Under the pieces are notes generated by a model. That model saw nothing but the letters and a program-made list of their open reading frames with translations. It was not told where the DNA came from and did no database searches. A stretch of 64,000 nucleotides of DNA from Diplonema japonicum (lineage: Eukaryota; Protista; Euglenozoa: Diplonemea): NCBI GenBank assembly GCA_964019335.1, contig OZ025655.1, positions 620,001 to 684,000 on the forward strand, given 5' to 3'. Shown piece by piece: positions 1 through 12,133 of this stretch. Numbering within the stretch: position 1 is the stretch's first letter; every line of letters starts with the position of its first letter. A program made the position numbers and the translations under genes.

Positions 1-1361
1 GTCATAGGGCCGGTGTCACGAGACCCCTCTACCGTTTGCTGCTTGCCGAGCACTATTGATATGACTGTGTCCCACTTGGGAGCACCTGAGACGAACAGGA
101 GAATCTTGCTCGTGTTGTATGAGATACGAGGCTTCACGGACCTAAGGAAAAAGTAAGTCAGAGTCACGTAAAAATGGCTCCCAAACTTATCGACCTTTGT
201 GCACTGTTCCATGCTGGAGTCCATGTCAAACACATCGTCGACGGAAAGGGGGTGCAGGTGGTATTTTACAGAAAGGTGTAGCAGCAGCATTTTGCTCAAC
301 TTATCCACGTGGATCCACCTGTTGAAGCCTGACGGCCGGTGACCAAAGAAGAACTTCGTTGGTTCAGGTGGAGTTTTTATTATCATAGCCTCTTCCGCAC
401 AGAAGTCGGTGTAGGAGAAATGCCCCATGTCCGTGTCCTTCGACAGTACGTGCAACTCGGCCAGTTTCAGAAATGTCAAGCAAACAGCGAACTCCGGGAG
501 TGCAATTCTCCCGTCCTGGTTCAAATCCACACAACGGAATATTTGTTTAAGTTGGCCTTCAAGGGTCAAGCCTTGTTGCTTCAAAGCCAGCCCAAGCTCA
601 TGCATCATAAGCAAGCCGTCGACGTCTCGATCAAAGCGATTGAACAGCTGCTGAAGCCGTGTGGGTGTCAGGTCGTATAAACTGTCGATGGAGCTCTCTA
701 CCATCTTTTTCTCGGTGGTCGGTGCGGTCTCTGCGGACACCTTGAAGTCCCCCCAGAAGAACAGTCCATCGACAGTGCCGTCGCCTGTCTCTTTGTTGTG
801 CTCCAAAAAGCTCGTCCACAAGTCCACCTCCTCCATCAAGGCGTCCAGATGCTTGTACCACTGGACCCAGTTCGTGACAGAGAAGGGGATAATAGCTTTT
901 GTATGCAATCCCCCCCACATGTGATGATGGCAGGGGTCAGCCTCCTGCACTACGATCTGCCCGCCTCCCTTGAGCCTGCGCATGGGGGTGGTGGCTGTAT
1001 GCCCACGTGTCATGCTGTTGTGTCTTGAAGGCGACTTAACTTTCAAATGAACAGGAAGAGCCTCTTCCTTCCGCATGTCATTTAGACAGTTCATGAGCTT
1101 GAGCCTATCCCCAGTCTTAACACCCATACAGGCAATGTCGTTTGCTGTCAAGATCTCGAGCGCTTCGCCGTCTATCCCCTCAGAGACGAAGAGTTCCGAA
1201 TAGTCGTTGCCCAGGCCCAGCGAGCTCACCCATCTTGCAACTTGCTCCTTAGACCAATTGCTCCTTCCGAATATGTTTTCCGAGTTCATCGAAGAGTTAC
1301 CCGAAAGTGTGTCCCATGACTCACTGTCCCTCTTGTGCTTTGTGACAACATCGCGCAGCAT
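1..1361 (-). CDS. SAM + EF-hand + CorA-family Mg2+/metal transporter fusion (3' end runs off the window)
   Basis: Manual translation gives an open frame from ATG 1361 to the window edge; it is absent from the ORF track because it has no stop. It carries a SAM motif (WSKEQVARWVSSLGL...FVSEGIDGEALEIL...GDRLKL), two EF-hand loops (DRDVDGLLMMHEL, DLNQDGRIALPEF) and the CorA cytosolic signature RWIHVD...KYHLHPLSVDDV...TKVDKFGSHFYV. Confidence 0.8.
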   Translation of the reverse strand, partial: MLRDVVTKHKRDSESWDTLSGNSSMNSENIFGRSNWSKEQVARWVSSLGLGNDYSELFVSEGIDGEALEILTANDIACMGVKTGDRLKLMNCLNDMRKEEALPVHLKVKSPSRHNSMTRGHTATTPMRRLKGGGQIVVQEADPCHHHMWGGLHTKAIIPFSVTNWVQWYKHLDALMEEVDLWTSFLEHNKETGDGTVDGLFFWGDFKVSAETAPTTEKKMVESSIDSLYDLTPTRLQQLFNRFDRDVDGLLMMHELGLALKQQGLTLEGQLKQIFRCVDLNQDGRIALPEFAVCLTFLKLAELHVLSKDTDMGHFSYTDFCAEEAMIIKTPPEPTKFFFGHRPSGFNRWIHVDKLSKMLLLHLSVKYHLHPLSVDDVFDMDSSMEQCTKVDKFGSHFYVTLTYFFLRSVKPRISYNTSKILLFVSGAPKWDTVISIVLGKQQTVEGSRDTGPM

Positions 1362-1482
1362 CGTAGCATCTGCCCTCCCTGAGCTGGAGAATGGTGTGTT
1401 TTAAGCACGAGAACCAGAGGACGGGTGGGGGACACAAGGACCGTATAACTAAAGGTAATAAAGTATTTTTTGTTTCGGTTCT

Positions 1483-1519
<37 letters not shown>

Positions 1520-1543
1520 TTAAATTGTGTTGGTCCTCGTTAT

Positions 1544-4500
1544 TCACATAGTGGTGGCAGGCGTGGGTGACTTCACTGGGGGAAGGAACTGGCTATGCAT
1601 TCCGGCATATACGTGGTCTGCTGTGGAGGTGTGGGAGTAAGTTGGGGAAAAGAGTGTGAGTGGCTTCAATCGGCGTACAGAAACGTCCTCTGTGTACTCG
1701 GAGTGGCCCACAGAGCGAGGGGAGGCTGCAGAGGTTGGGCTGGCTGCATGGGTGGCGTAGCCAAGGCGCTCCATCTCGTTTGGAGGAAGCCTGAGCCCGT
1801 TTCTGGGGGGAAGAGTTGAGCTAGTGGGGTTATCGCTGACCCCGTACAGCGGTCCCTGGTTGGACATCACACGCGTTGAGAAGTGCAGCACGTGGTTATT
1901 CTGCGACACACCCATCGAGCTCTCCGCCGTGCACCCCACACGGTAGTGTGTGTTGGCTTCCAATTGGTCCATCTTGAAAGAGCATTTAGTCGATGATCCC
2001 AAACACACAGGCTTCTCGTTGTAGCTCGCACTCAGATACACCTTGTACACTAGATTCGTATGACTCCTCCAGTTGTCTGGTTTCTTCCACCTCACTGTTG
2101 CCGAGGTCTCTCTCAAATTCACAATCTTGAGCTGCGTCGGCGGCTGCGGTACAGACGGTGCATGGAAATGCGCAACAGGGCTGTACTGCGACCATAGATA
2201 CCCGTTCTGTGTAAGATTCTTCGTTCCTTTTTTATTTTGCATTACCTGTCCTTCTTGAGTTTCACCTTCCAGCCGTTGGTGTTCCTTGCACACCATCACC
2301 CTGAATAAGCAGCGATGCACCGGTTCAAGCAGCTCCAGTCTGATGGATGTGTTCCTCAACAAGCCTACCGGCTGGAAGGGGCCGTGCTCAGTTGAGGAAC
2401 ATTTCTTGCTGCCCCCAGTTGTGTAGGCCATCTCAACCTGTAGATCATGACGTAGGCTATTGTTAGCATACTTTGTAGAGGTACTGCACGTCCTTCCTGT
2501 TCTGTCTCTGGTGCCAGCTGAGCGAGATGACGTTACCTCGTCTCTCGTCCAGGACTGGCTTCGAGGGTGCTGCGGGGAGGGTTTCGAACTCGACAACGTC
2601 TTGCCATTCCCGCCAGTCACCATTGGCGTCCACTTCACGTGACTTAACGTGGTACAGAGAGTCGATGGTGAGGTCATCTAGCGTCAGGAGCGTCGAGGTG
2701 TCAAGGTCCAGCTTGAAGGTGGAGGGGCTGGGGATGTCGTTAATGGACAGTTGCAGTTCAGACTGTTTCGGTCTCCAAAGAAGCACATTCGGGTCGTCCA
2801 CCTTTTGAGCCTCTCGCCACACCAACACTGAGACCCCCGTCTCTGCAACATCCGTCACGCGCGCAGACAGCTCGGGCAGTGTAAGATATTCTATCGCATT
2901 GCTCCACAGCCCCCACCTGTCATCGTCGTAGCACACTCTCACAGTGATTGTGTACCGTGTGTTCACCTGCAGCCCTGTCACCGTCCATGAAGAAGTGTTC
3001 GGGTTGTCAATGAGGATGTCTTGGCAGGGCTTCCCCTTCTTCTTCTCCCTCTCGACAACCATTAGCTGGTATTGTGATATGGCAGTCGCTACGTCTCCGG
3101 CTGCGTACCCAGTGTCCCAGTCCACCACACAGTGCGTGCTGCCAATACCCCTCACGCACAAGCTTATTTGCTTCAGCGTGCATAGCTCTGCTTTCTCAGA
3201 CCAGACACCCCACAGCAATTGGTCGCCCGCCTCTTGTCTCTCTCTCTCCCTCTCCTCTGTTGATAAAAGAGGTCTACCTTCAAAGAGTGCCTCTTCATCC
3301 ACCAACTGCAGCACGTTGTACCCATTGGTATACATGGCCCTCACTATCACAGTGTAGCTGGAGTGAGGTATCAGTCCGTCCATTTTGCACGCTCTGTTCT
3401 CCTTTCCTTCACCGCAGTTTATCCTTCTTCGAAAAGAAAAGGGTTGCGGCTTGTCCTTCTCCTCTTCACAGCTTACCGATGACTCGTCAGTGGCGGGCCC
3501 ATGGTTCGCCTAATGTGTTTTGAGTTACATTTCGTATCTCTAAAAGCCGTCAGCCCCACCTCAGAAAAGAGCTAGTTGTCAAAACAATGGCGGGAATGAT
3601 TACACGAATGTTTTCTTTTTTCTCTTTTTTTCTTTTTCGTGCGCCTAATTGACAAGGTGCTTAACACAAGGTCTATTGCAGAAGTAGGGCAAATTGTATT
3701 CCCCTCCAGGCAAACCTTTACGCAGTCTCCTCGAAAAAGTTTTTTTTTTGGGAAAAAGATATTCTCGAAAATCCTTTGTTTAGCCCCTTTGAATCCCCTA
3801 TGGACTTTGACGGCTTTAGAGATATGAAGCGTTTACTTTTTAAACTAGTTACATACGTTATCGGCTGTGCCTGTGATGACAACCTCGTACCGCATGTCGT
3901 CGCCGTCGGGGTACTTTGTGACGCGCTCCAACTCAAGCAGCTGGAGTTCCTGAAGCTTAGCAAGCTGCTGTTGCTTCAGCTGCTGCTGTCTCTGCGTCTT
4001 GAGCATCTGCTCCAACTTCGTACTGCCCTCCAATGCCACAGGTTGATTGTCAGTTGCGTCCGATTGCATTGCGAGGAACTCTCTCTCATAGACGCCTCCG
4101 TCGTCTAGCTCCTGCTTCATGACTTCGATTTCGTTTTGTAGGTTGCGCTGCTGGTCTTCAAACTCAAGCTGTTGCTGCTGCTGCTGCTCGCGGAGCCTAG
4201 CTGCAATTCGCTGCTGCGGTGCTCGCTGCCACTGTACATGAACGAACGTTTCACCTATCCTACTGACCTCAACAGTGGTGGGAGCCAGTGTGCAGCAATA
4301 CAACTGTTCGCACCATATCCCGTAAGCCCCGTTGGAGTAGCAGGGACGAAGGCAAAAGGAGTACTGCATGTTGGGAGTTAAGCTATCCAAGCGGTAGTGG
4401 TTCGGCGACGCAGGCAACTTCTTGCAGAAGTGCGTCCTATCCTTCCCCACAGTCGACACGGACAACTCGCATGTTTCGACAACAGCCATCTCCACAGAGC

Positions 4501-7500
4501 CAGGTGTCTGCACCTCGCGTAGGGACTTCCGCTTTGACTTGTTTTCCCGTCCCCATGATAGAAAGACGCACTCTTCCCCCACAAGGTTGATCTCCAAGCA
4601 CAATAAGGGTTGTGTTGTGAAGGTAACCCCGTCGCTCCATGCACCCCAAGAGTTCTCCGTCGAGGCACGCACCATCGCTGTGTACGAGTGGCTGGGCTTC
4701 AAACCGATGAGCTTGATGCAGCATGTTTGGAACTCGGGGTCGCTCTCTAGCAGTTGACGCTCTTCTAAGACCTTCGGTTCTTCTGCTTCACCATTCTTCG
4801 CTTTCGGAAGTGAGTAGATCTTCAAGTGGTATGACCCGATTGTGTGTGTGGCTTGTGACCCCTCCCCACGCCGTGTCCACTTCACTTCTGCTGTCTCCTC
4901 TGTAATCATCACAACTTTGATGTTCATAGGGGACAGCGTGCATAACACGATCTCATCGCTCCACTCGCCCATCCTCAGCTGCCCTTCGTTGTCAATAATG
5001 CTCCTCACTTGTATCTTATACCGCATGTCTGACTGCAAGTTCGTAAGCCTGTAATGTGTCTCAGTGGTAGTGAACTCTTCTTCCTTATCGGCTCCTTCTT
5101 GCTCACAGGAACATTTCACACAAAACGATGTCTGCGGTGAGATCTTGCCTGCACCTCTCTCCCAGTTCAGCAAGATGAAGTCCTCCCCCACGCCTACTTG
5201 TGTATCAATGTCATCCAGGGATATGCCCGGCGGTCCCACCTGAACACGTACTTTATCCAGTGTTTGCACCGTGACGGCCTTGCTCCAAGCAGATGTGAGC
5301 ATACTAACCTTGCGCACCCTGAGCTCATAAAGGGTGTTGAAGCTCAGGTTGGATATGGTGATCTCAGCACCTTTAATCTTTTTGCTGGCGCTTGTCCCGC
5401 TATCGGTCACGGAACAGCAGGATATCTCGTACTCGGCACTCTTCTCCCGTAACACCTCTGCTGCATGTGCGTGGACCTCACGACACCACTTTGTTGTCAC
5501 AAAGTTTTCCCCCACAGAGACCACCTCCAAGGCAATGTTGGCTAATGTCGAGAAGGCACAACTGTCTGTGTAAAAAGAAGAGTAGTCCGCGGCGATCAAG
5601 GGCAACGCTACTGTGATGCTGGTGTCGGTTGGCCTGCCTGACTCGGGGATGGTCGGTGCGTAGTCCCTGGTATCAGAAGGCCTGTTCCACCCGCCGTTCT
5701 TGGCGTAAGCTGGGACTTGTTCCACGCACAGCAGGTGCACGGAGTAGACTGTCAGAGGTAACAAATCAGTGAAGACATATTCGGTGTCCGAACCAGAAGG
5801 AAGGGTACGTGTCGTAGCCCTCCCATCTCCTATGAGGGTGATGAAGAGCTGCCGTTGGCGCCCGTCGGGTATCGCTTTGTTAAACCAGTTCAGCTTTAAC
5901 CAATCCTGGCTCGTCTCTACCAGACGAACATCGATGGACTTGAGCGCCACGTAGATAGGGTTGCTCCAGTGGCCCCACGAGCCTTCATGCATGGATTTCA
6001 CGGAAACGGAGTAGCAGCAGTTGATTGATAGACTTTGTATATCGTACTCAGTTTGGCTGCCTGGCAGGGTCACCTCTTTGCAGAAGTCATCATCGGTACC
6101 GACTATCTTGACGAGACATTTCTCAATCTGCTCCACTTTTGTCTCTTCTATGTTCGTCTCCGACACACCCCGCCCCCACTTGACCCTAACATACGAGTGT
6201 GTGATCTCTGACACCACCATCTCTGTCGGCATTGTTGTCTTGTATGGCAGCAAGTTAGACACAACACCCCATTCTCCTTTAGGGTTACATGCGCACACCC
6301 CCACTTCATATGAGGTGTTGGGGTTGAGGTGCGGGATCCTGATGGTGGACGAGTCGTAGGCAAGGAAACTTTCAAACTCCAGTTCGCGCTTTGCTTCGCC
6401 ACCCTCCTCCCCCTCCTTCACGCTGAAAACCTTCACGTTGAACTCAGTAATTGAAGCATCGGCTATGTACACGGGCGATGGCTTGAGCGCCTTCATCTCC
6501 CCGCTTGATAAGTTTTCTTCTATCTTCTGATTCTTGATCTCGTTCAGCTTTGCGGCAGTGGGGTTCTCCTGGGTCACGGTGCCGACGTAAATGGGCTCGC
6601 AGCATGGGTGGAGTTTTGCGAGCTCGTCTGAGGGCGGGATGCGCTTCCACGACACATGTGCGTAGTCCTCGCCGACAGCGTCGAGCTCGACCTCGATGGA
6701 CGAGTTGGTGCGCACATAGACTGCTTCGCTCCACACACCCCACACATTGGTCCTTTTGGGATACGCGCTAATGCACATGCGGTAACTGGTGTCGGGGGCA
6801 AGGTGCCGCAGCGTGTAGTTCTGATCACCGTCAACAAAGTACTTAAGCTGTGCCTGCGCAGCAGCCCCCCCATTCTCGTCTAACGTCAGCGACGTCGCTG
6901 CTATTCTGTACTTTGTGTCTGCCTCATCCCATTCGTCTTCCGCACCTTTCTCTCGCTGCCACGTTATCTTGCAATAATCCTCGCCGAGTTCTTGTACTTC
7001 CAATTTCAAAGGCGGCATTGTGGTCACAACAGCCGCCGCTGACCACGGTGACCAAGTTTGCTGTGCATCTGCGGTGCATAACTGGGCTGAGTAGCTATGG
7101 TTAGGTTTCAACCCCTCTACAATGAAGAAAGGCTTGTCTTCGTCTGTAAAGTGGTACTTCTCTAAAGGGACCGCTACGCCGTCCTCACTGAGTACATTAA
7201 CGCGCAGGATGTACATCACAGCCTCACTAGGTGCTAAGGGGTCCTCGTCCACAGGCACTGTGTCGTAAACAGCGCTTACGGTACGCGGCTTGCGCTGCCA
7301 TGCAACTTCGAAGCACGTCTCGCCAATCATGGTGAACGAGATCACACTGGGCAGCGTAACGATAGTTTCCGGTGGGCACCAGCTGCCCCATTTGTCTTGC
7401 GGTGCGTTGTACGCTCTGATCTGCACGCTGACACGGGACGATGGGTCGAGCTTTGTTATCCGATATCCAAACACATTTGTGAATTCCTGACACATGATAC

Positions 7501-9166
7501 TTTCCTCAGTACCCAGGGACGTTGACAGCCTCACGACCTTCAACTGGTACTTCTGGTCAAGGGGGTCTACTCCGTTCAGCTCGTAGAACTCAGACGACCA
7601 ACGTAGTTGAATGAAATCTTCGCCCCGCCGAACGAGGTGTACTGAAGCAGGCCCCGCAGTCTTCACAGTAATTGCTTCTGACCACGGCTGCCACCTGTCA
7701 TCGATACACGCTTGGATGCTCACACGGTACTCCGTTGCAGAGGCCAGTTCTTCGAATCTATACTCAGTGATGTCTGCTGGGAAGTACTTGGACAACCTGA
7801 AAGGTGTTGCCGCTGCTGAGACCTGCACGTGGTACCTCACGACAGAGTCGTGGTGTCTCTTGTCATTTCTAGCCCAATTTAGTTTCAGCCACCCCTCTCC
7901 CACAGCATCAACATTCACTTGCAACGCTGACAATGTAGACACATAGGCACTCTCTCCCCAAGGACCCCATTGTCCATATGCGGTTTTTGCTCTTGCTGAG
8001 AGCTTGAATTCAGTATTAGCGGGTAAGTTTATGATTCTTGTGGACTTCTCCTGTTTAGGGAGGATTACCGTCGACTCCTCTTGTGTGGGGACGTTGACGC
8101 ACCGCACTTGCCAGTTGACCACCTCAGCGGAGGTGCTGAGAGCAACTGTGTCGTCAGCTTCTTCCGGCTGTTCCCTGTCCCACGAGATCAACAGGAAGTT
8201 GTGCGACACTGCCTGCACACCTATCATGCTAGTTTTGTTTGCTGTTTTGAACTTCGAACATGTCCACGGTGACCAGTCGCCTTGTATGTTGAGGTGTCTT
8301 GAGTGGATGCCATACACCCGCCCTGGCAGGAGGTTTTCCATCTTATTCACACAAACAGTGCCTGTGAAGAGCTGATCATTGACAACGGTCGGCTGGGCGT
8401 TAGGGTTGGATAGGAGCTGGCTCTGGCTGGGGAAGAGCTCGAGGCGTAGTGAGAACTGCTGCACTGAGTTGCGGTTACCAACAGACGGTGGTTGCGTGCC
8501 GACTTCCTCCCCCTCACGCCCCCACCACGCTACTGCGTAGTCCTCGCCCACCTCCGTTATCTTCACAACAACGTTGCACAGGGTGAGAAACCGCACAACG
8601 TCCGACCATTTCCCCACTTCGCCATACTGGTTCACAGCCCTGATCTGCACATTGAAAACGCCTTGAGGATTGAGATCCTCTACTTTGAACTCCCGTTGTT
8701 CCGCTGTAAGCTCCTTGTCGCAGACGAATGCCGATAAGACGTTCTCTTTCTGCCGGACGCGAAGATGGAATTTTGAAGCGGTGCACCAGTTGTGAGTTGC
8801 CGTCGGTTCTTTGTTGCTGCCCCATTTAAAATGGCCATGGATGCTGTCCTGCCCCACGGCACCGACATGAACAGAACATGAAGGGTGCAATGTGGCCGTA
8901 GACGAACACCAGTTGCCCCACTCGCCTCCATCGAACTGTGCCCGCATGCTGACCTTAACATCGGACCCCGGCACCAGCCCCACCAGTCGGTATGTAGTGT
9001 CGTCATTCAATTCAAACAACCGCTCAATTTTGTAATCGTCAGCTGTCGCCAGCAGGTGGTACCGCTTCAATGTTGCACCATCGAACAACTCCCTGCTCCA
9101 TGTCACCTCGACGAAGTCCTCCCATATCTTCGAGAAGGTGATTATAATATGGGCATACTGCGGCAT
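1544..9166 (-). CDS. Giant fibronectin type III repeat protein (~2400 aa, ~20 FN3 domains, no signal peptide); exons 9166-3857, 3509-2472, 2437-2246, 2206-1544
   Basis: Three ORF-track ORFs are joined in frame by GT-AG introns 3510-3856, 2438-2471 and, probably, the in-frame 2207-2245. The FN3 pattern (VGEDY..V.W...Y.L...L.P.T.Y.V.V.A....WG.WS) recurs throughout. Start is the first ATG (MPQYAH) after a pyrimidine tract and AG. Confidence 0.85.
3527..3832. repeat. Imperfect ~26-bp inverted repeat (3527-3552 / 3808-3832) bracketing the interior of the 347-nt intron; MITE-like or intron-folding stem
   Basis: ACATTTCGTATCTCTAAAAGCCGTCA pairs with TGACGGCTTTAGAGATATGAAGCGT with 3 substitutions and 1 indel. 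An 8-bp direct repeat AGTTACAT also occurs at 3523-3530 and 3847-3854. Confidence 0.75.
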
Positions 9167-9265
9167 CAGTCCCCCGAAGAGAACCCACCTGCAAGGCTTT
9201 GTGTGCAAGAAAGAAGCGACTCAAATAATACTAACTGACTTTAAAAAACGCAAATAAATATCGAT

Positions 9266-10501
9266 CTAAGTGTAAATGTTAGATTTTTGTCTAGGGTTTT
9301 GCAGAGGCACCATTCTGGGGGGAACGGGTTTCATAGGCCCGTTCAGGAGAAGCAGGTCGTTGGCAGCAGGGCTGGCCGTGGCGGCAACGAAAAATTCTTC
9401 TTTGTCTTCCCGGATCGATGGCGGCGGGACAGAGGGCGCTGATGCAGCGTCGACAAAGGTGCGTATCACAAGAGCGCCAACAACTGCGTTGCTGCGTGTG
9501 AGGGGAATTGATGTCTCACGGATCTCCTCGGCATGCTGGGTGGCGAGAGTGACACTGCCCTCCCCTAAGAGGGTGTCTTCACTGCGTGGGCAAAAACCAC
9601 GGTTTCTCACTTTAAACCGAAGTACTCGCGTTGTTACAGTGAACATCTCGCACCACACAGGCCGTAATGTCATGTACTTCACGGAAGTGGTCATCACGTG
9701 CCCGTCACCTGTCTCGAGCTGCACATAAATATCACTGTTAACAAGATCCGCTGTTCTGAGCACCTTTGTCCGCTCGATGAGAATATTCATCATGAACCCG
9801 TCCTTACTTGCCACCGACTTACTAGACACCGATGATGCCGGGGACGGGATGTACTGCTCTTCAGTGTCCTGCACAGGTACAGGGGGCGACGGGGTTCGCG
9901 GAGGTGGTGTTATTAGAAGGGGTTGAGAGATTGGCACTGGCACGCGAGACAATTGCCTGCACATGAGCTGCGCATTTTGTAGCTCTGTGCGCAGTATGCC
10001 GTTTTGAGTTGCAAAGTCGACTGCTGTTTTACGGGCTGCGATCAGTTCTTGTGTTGTTATTTTGAGCTTTACAGCCATGGCAACTTCAGTATCATCCTCT
10101 TCGGTCTGCACAATCGCCTCAGTGGTGTCAGCGGAACGTGCAGTGCTAGTGTCGCTGCGGATCTCTCGTTTATTACGTGGTACAGGTGGCACTCTCACTG
10201 TCTGGGTTTTTGCTCCACTAGAGAGAACAACGAGCCCAGCAGCCAGCAGGCTGAACACATGGTACGCCAAGCAATTCTCGTCGACGCACAACACACCGCA
10301 GGCACCTCTCTCCCTCAAGATCAGCCACCCCTCGTACGCTCTTCTTGTTTTGACACTCCGCCGTTTGTTTCCGAATAAATACCACGCAGTGCCTGCATGA
10401 CCCCGTCCTTCAAGAACCCTGACGAGCTCCCTGAAACTGTTCTTGCTAGACACTAGGAGGATTCGGCGGGCACCATTCCACACTTCGTACGGTTGGAGCA
10501 T
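9266..10501 (-). CDS. C2-domain protein with coiled-coil and proline-rich segments
   Basis: C-terminal C2-like pattern SDIYVQL...TTSVKYMTLRPVWCEMF...LRFKVRNR...EDTLLGEGSVTL. Confidence 0.7.
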   Translation of the reverse strand: MLQPYEVWNGARRILLVSSKNSFRELVRVLEGRGHAGTAWYLFGNKRRSVKTRRAYEGWLILRERGACGVLCVDENCLAYHVFSLLAAGLVVLSSGAKTQTVRVPPVPRNKREIRSDTSTARSADTTEAIVQTEEDDTEVAMAVKLKITTQELIAARKTAVDFATQNGILRTELQNAQLMCRQLSRVPVPISQPLLITPPPRTPSPPVPVQDTEEQYIPSPASSVSSKSVASKDGFMMNILIERTKVLRTADLVNSDIYVQLETGDGHVMTTSVKYMTLRPVWCEMFTVTTRVLRFKVRNRGFCPRSEDTLLGEGSVTLATQHAEEIRETSIPLTRSNAVVGALVIRTFVDAASAPSVPPPSIREDKEEFFVAATASPAANDLLLLNGPMKPVPPRMVPLQNPRQKSNIYT

Positions 10502-10556
10502 GCTGAGGTGGTATTTAAGTCATACGCAGGGGATATTTAACAAAATTCATTCATGC

Positions 10557-11984
10557 TCAAATCACACTTGGCAATTTTGAAACCGTGGAAACGGTTGAAT
10601 TCCTTGAGTTGGCAATCTTCCTGGGTCGTTCAGAAGTGGGAGGATTGGGCAGGAAAGAGGTGCTTGCGTGGTTCAAGAAAAGACCGAGGGTGCTGTTCGA
10701 GTGGATCGGTGTATCAGGTGTCTTGTTGTTGGCTCTGTCAGCGTGATCAAAACGCAGCTTGGCGATCTCATCGTTCTTGAGATCGACCTCCGCGGTGAGC
10801 TCCTTGATGTGTTTCTTCTTCTGCTTGACGAGGTCACGGAGCTCCCGCATGCGTTGCATTGTGTCCTCATTCTCTTTTTCGAAATCGACGTTCAAATGGA
10901 CAGACTTCATCCATGATTCCTCAAGGCTTTTGATATGCGCGTCAACTTCTGAAATGTTTTTCTGCATCTGTATCTCACTGCCCTCTTTTAGAAGCGGTTT
11001 CGCCTTGTTGATATGACCAGACTGCCTGGTGCGGTACACAAGATGCGGTTTCGGGGACGTGGGTATCGCCATGATTATGGGAGGGGACGGCTTCCAAGGA
11101 TGGGCCTTGTGAAGCGGTGTTGGGTCGAAATAGGTGTTAACTGTGTCGTTGGGGTACCTCTGCATGAGGTACACCATGAGGTCGGAGTAGTAGATCAAGG
11201 CTGCTTCATCTTCCTCGTTGAAGGACGCTGTACCGCAGTTCTTGTTGGTGACCTGTAGAACACCAAAACGCTGCCCGTTGTTGAAGAGCAGCGGGACGCA
11301 CAACAAGCTTCTGATCCGGTACCCCATTTTTCTGTCCTGCTTGACGTCGTACTCCAACGCGGAGTAAGCATGCGAGACGTTGACAGTGATACCTTTGGAG
11401 AAGACTTCTCCGCACCACCCGGTTGTTGCAGATGCTTTGATCGTGCAGGGCTTCACAAAACCGCTGTTCACAATACAGGCCGCTTGGAGCTCATCAGTTC
11501 TTTTGACATATTGGTAAACAACCGCACGCTCACTTCTCAGACGTGTTGTGATCGCCTCTAACAGAAAATACATAGCAGAAGACAAGTAGTCATGGTATGT
11601 GAAGCTCAAGACGTTGGGTTGCGGCACAAGCGAAGCATTTACATAGGGGTTCGCGACTGGCGATTCTCTCCTTGCGTTGGCGTCCAGCAGTTTGTTACAC
11701 GGCGGGGTGGGTGGCTGTACTACCTTTTTGATGTGTTGTTCGATGACTAACACGTTCTTTGTGATGACATCTGCCCATTCTCTGAGACTGTTTTGACCCA
11801 GCTCGAACGCCTTCGCGCCCCCCATGCATCCTGACAGTTTTCTCAACTCCACCAACGCCTCCCTCAGTTCTGCTTGGTCTCTTTTCTTCCCTCTCTCTTC
11901 TTCCAGTTGTACCTGCTTCGCCTGCAGTATCTCATTCCTAATCGTTGACGCTCGTTTCCCTGAACGGGTGGACTCCATCGTCAT
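10557..11984 (-). CDS. GAF-domain protein flanked by coiled coils
   Basis: PDE-type GAF signature GWCGEVFSKGITVNVSHAY...DRKMGYRIRSLLCVPL...GVLQVTNKN...FNEEDE (NKFDE motif). Start moved to MTMEST, downstream of the poly-U tract. Confidence 0.85.
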   Translation of the reverse strand: MTMESTRSGKRASTIRNEILQAKQVQLEEERGKKRDQAELREALVELRKLSGCMGGAKAFELGQNSLREWADVITKNVLVIEQHIKKVVQPPTPPCNKLLDANARRESPVANPYVNASLVPQPNVLSFTYHDYLSSAMYFLLEAITTRLRSERAVVYQYVKRTDELQAACIVNSGFVKPCTIKASATTGWCGEVFSKGITVNVSHAYSALEYDVKQDRKMGYRIRSLLCVPLLFNNGQRFGVLQVTNKNCGTASFNEEDEAALIYYSDLMVYLMQRYPNDTVNTYFDPTPLHKAHPWKPSPPIIMAIPTSPKPHLVYRTRQSGHINKAKPLLKEGSEIQMQKNISEVDAHIKSLEESWMKSVHLNVDFEKENEDTMQRMRELRDLVKQKKKHIKELTAEVDLKNDEIAKLRFDHADRANNKTPDTPIHSNSTLGLFLNHASTSFLPNPPTSERPRKIANSRNSTVSTVSKLPSVI

Positions 11985-12133
11985 GTTGATCTCTTCGCGG
12001 GAAGAATTAAAGGGGGTTTTGAGGGGGGGGAGAAAAGAGAGGGGACAAAAAAAAAAAAAAAAAAACACCAAGCCATTTTTCTTTACGGGAAAAAACTGAT
12101 TGCACCCCTCTGTCATAACACTGATCGTGTGGT

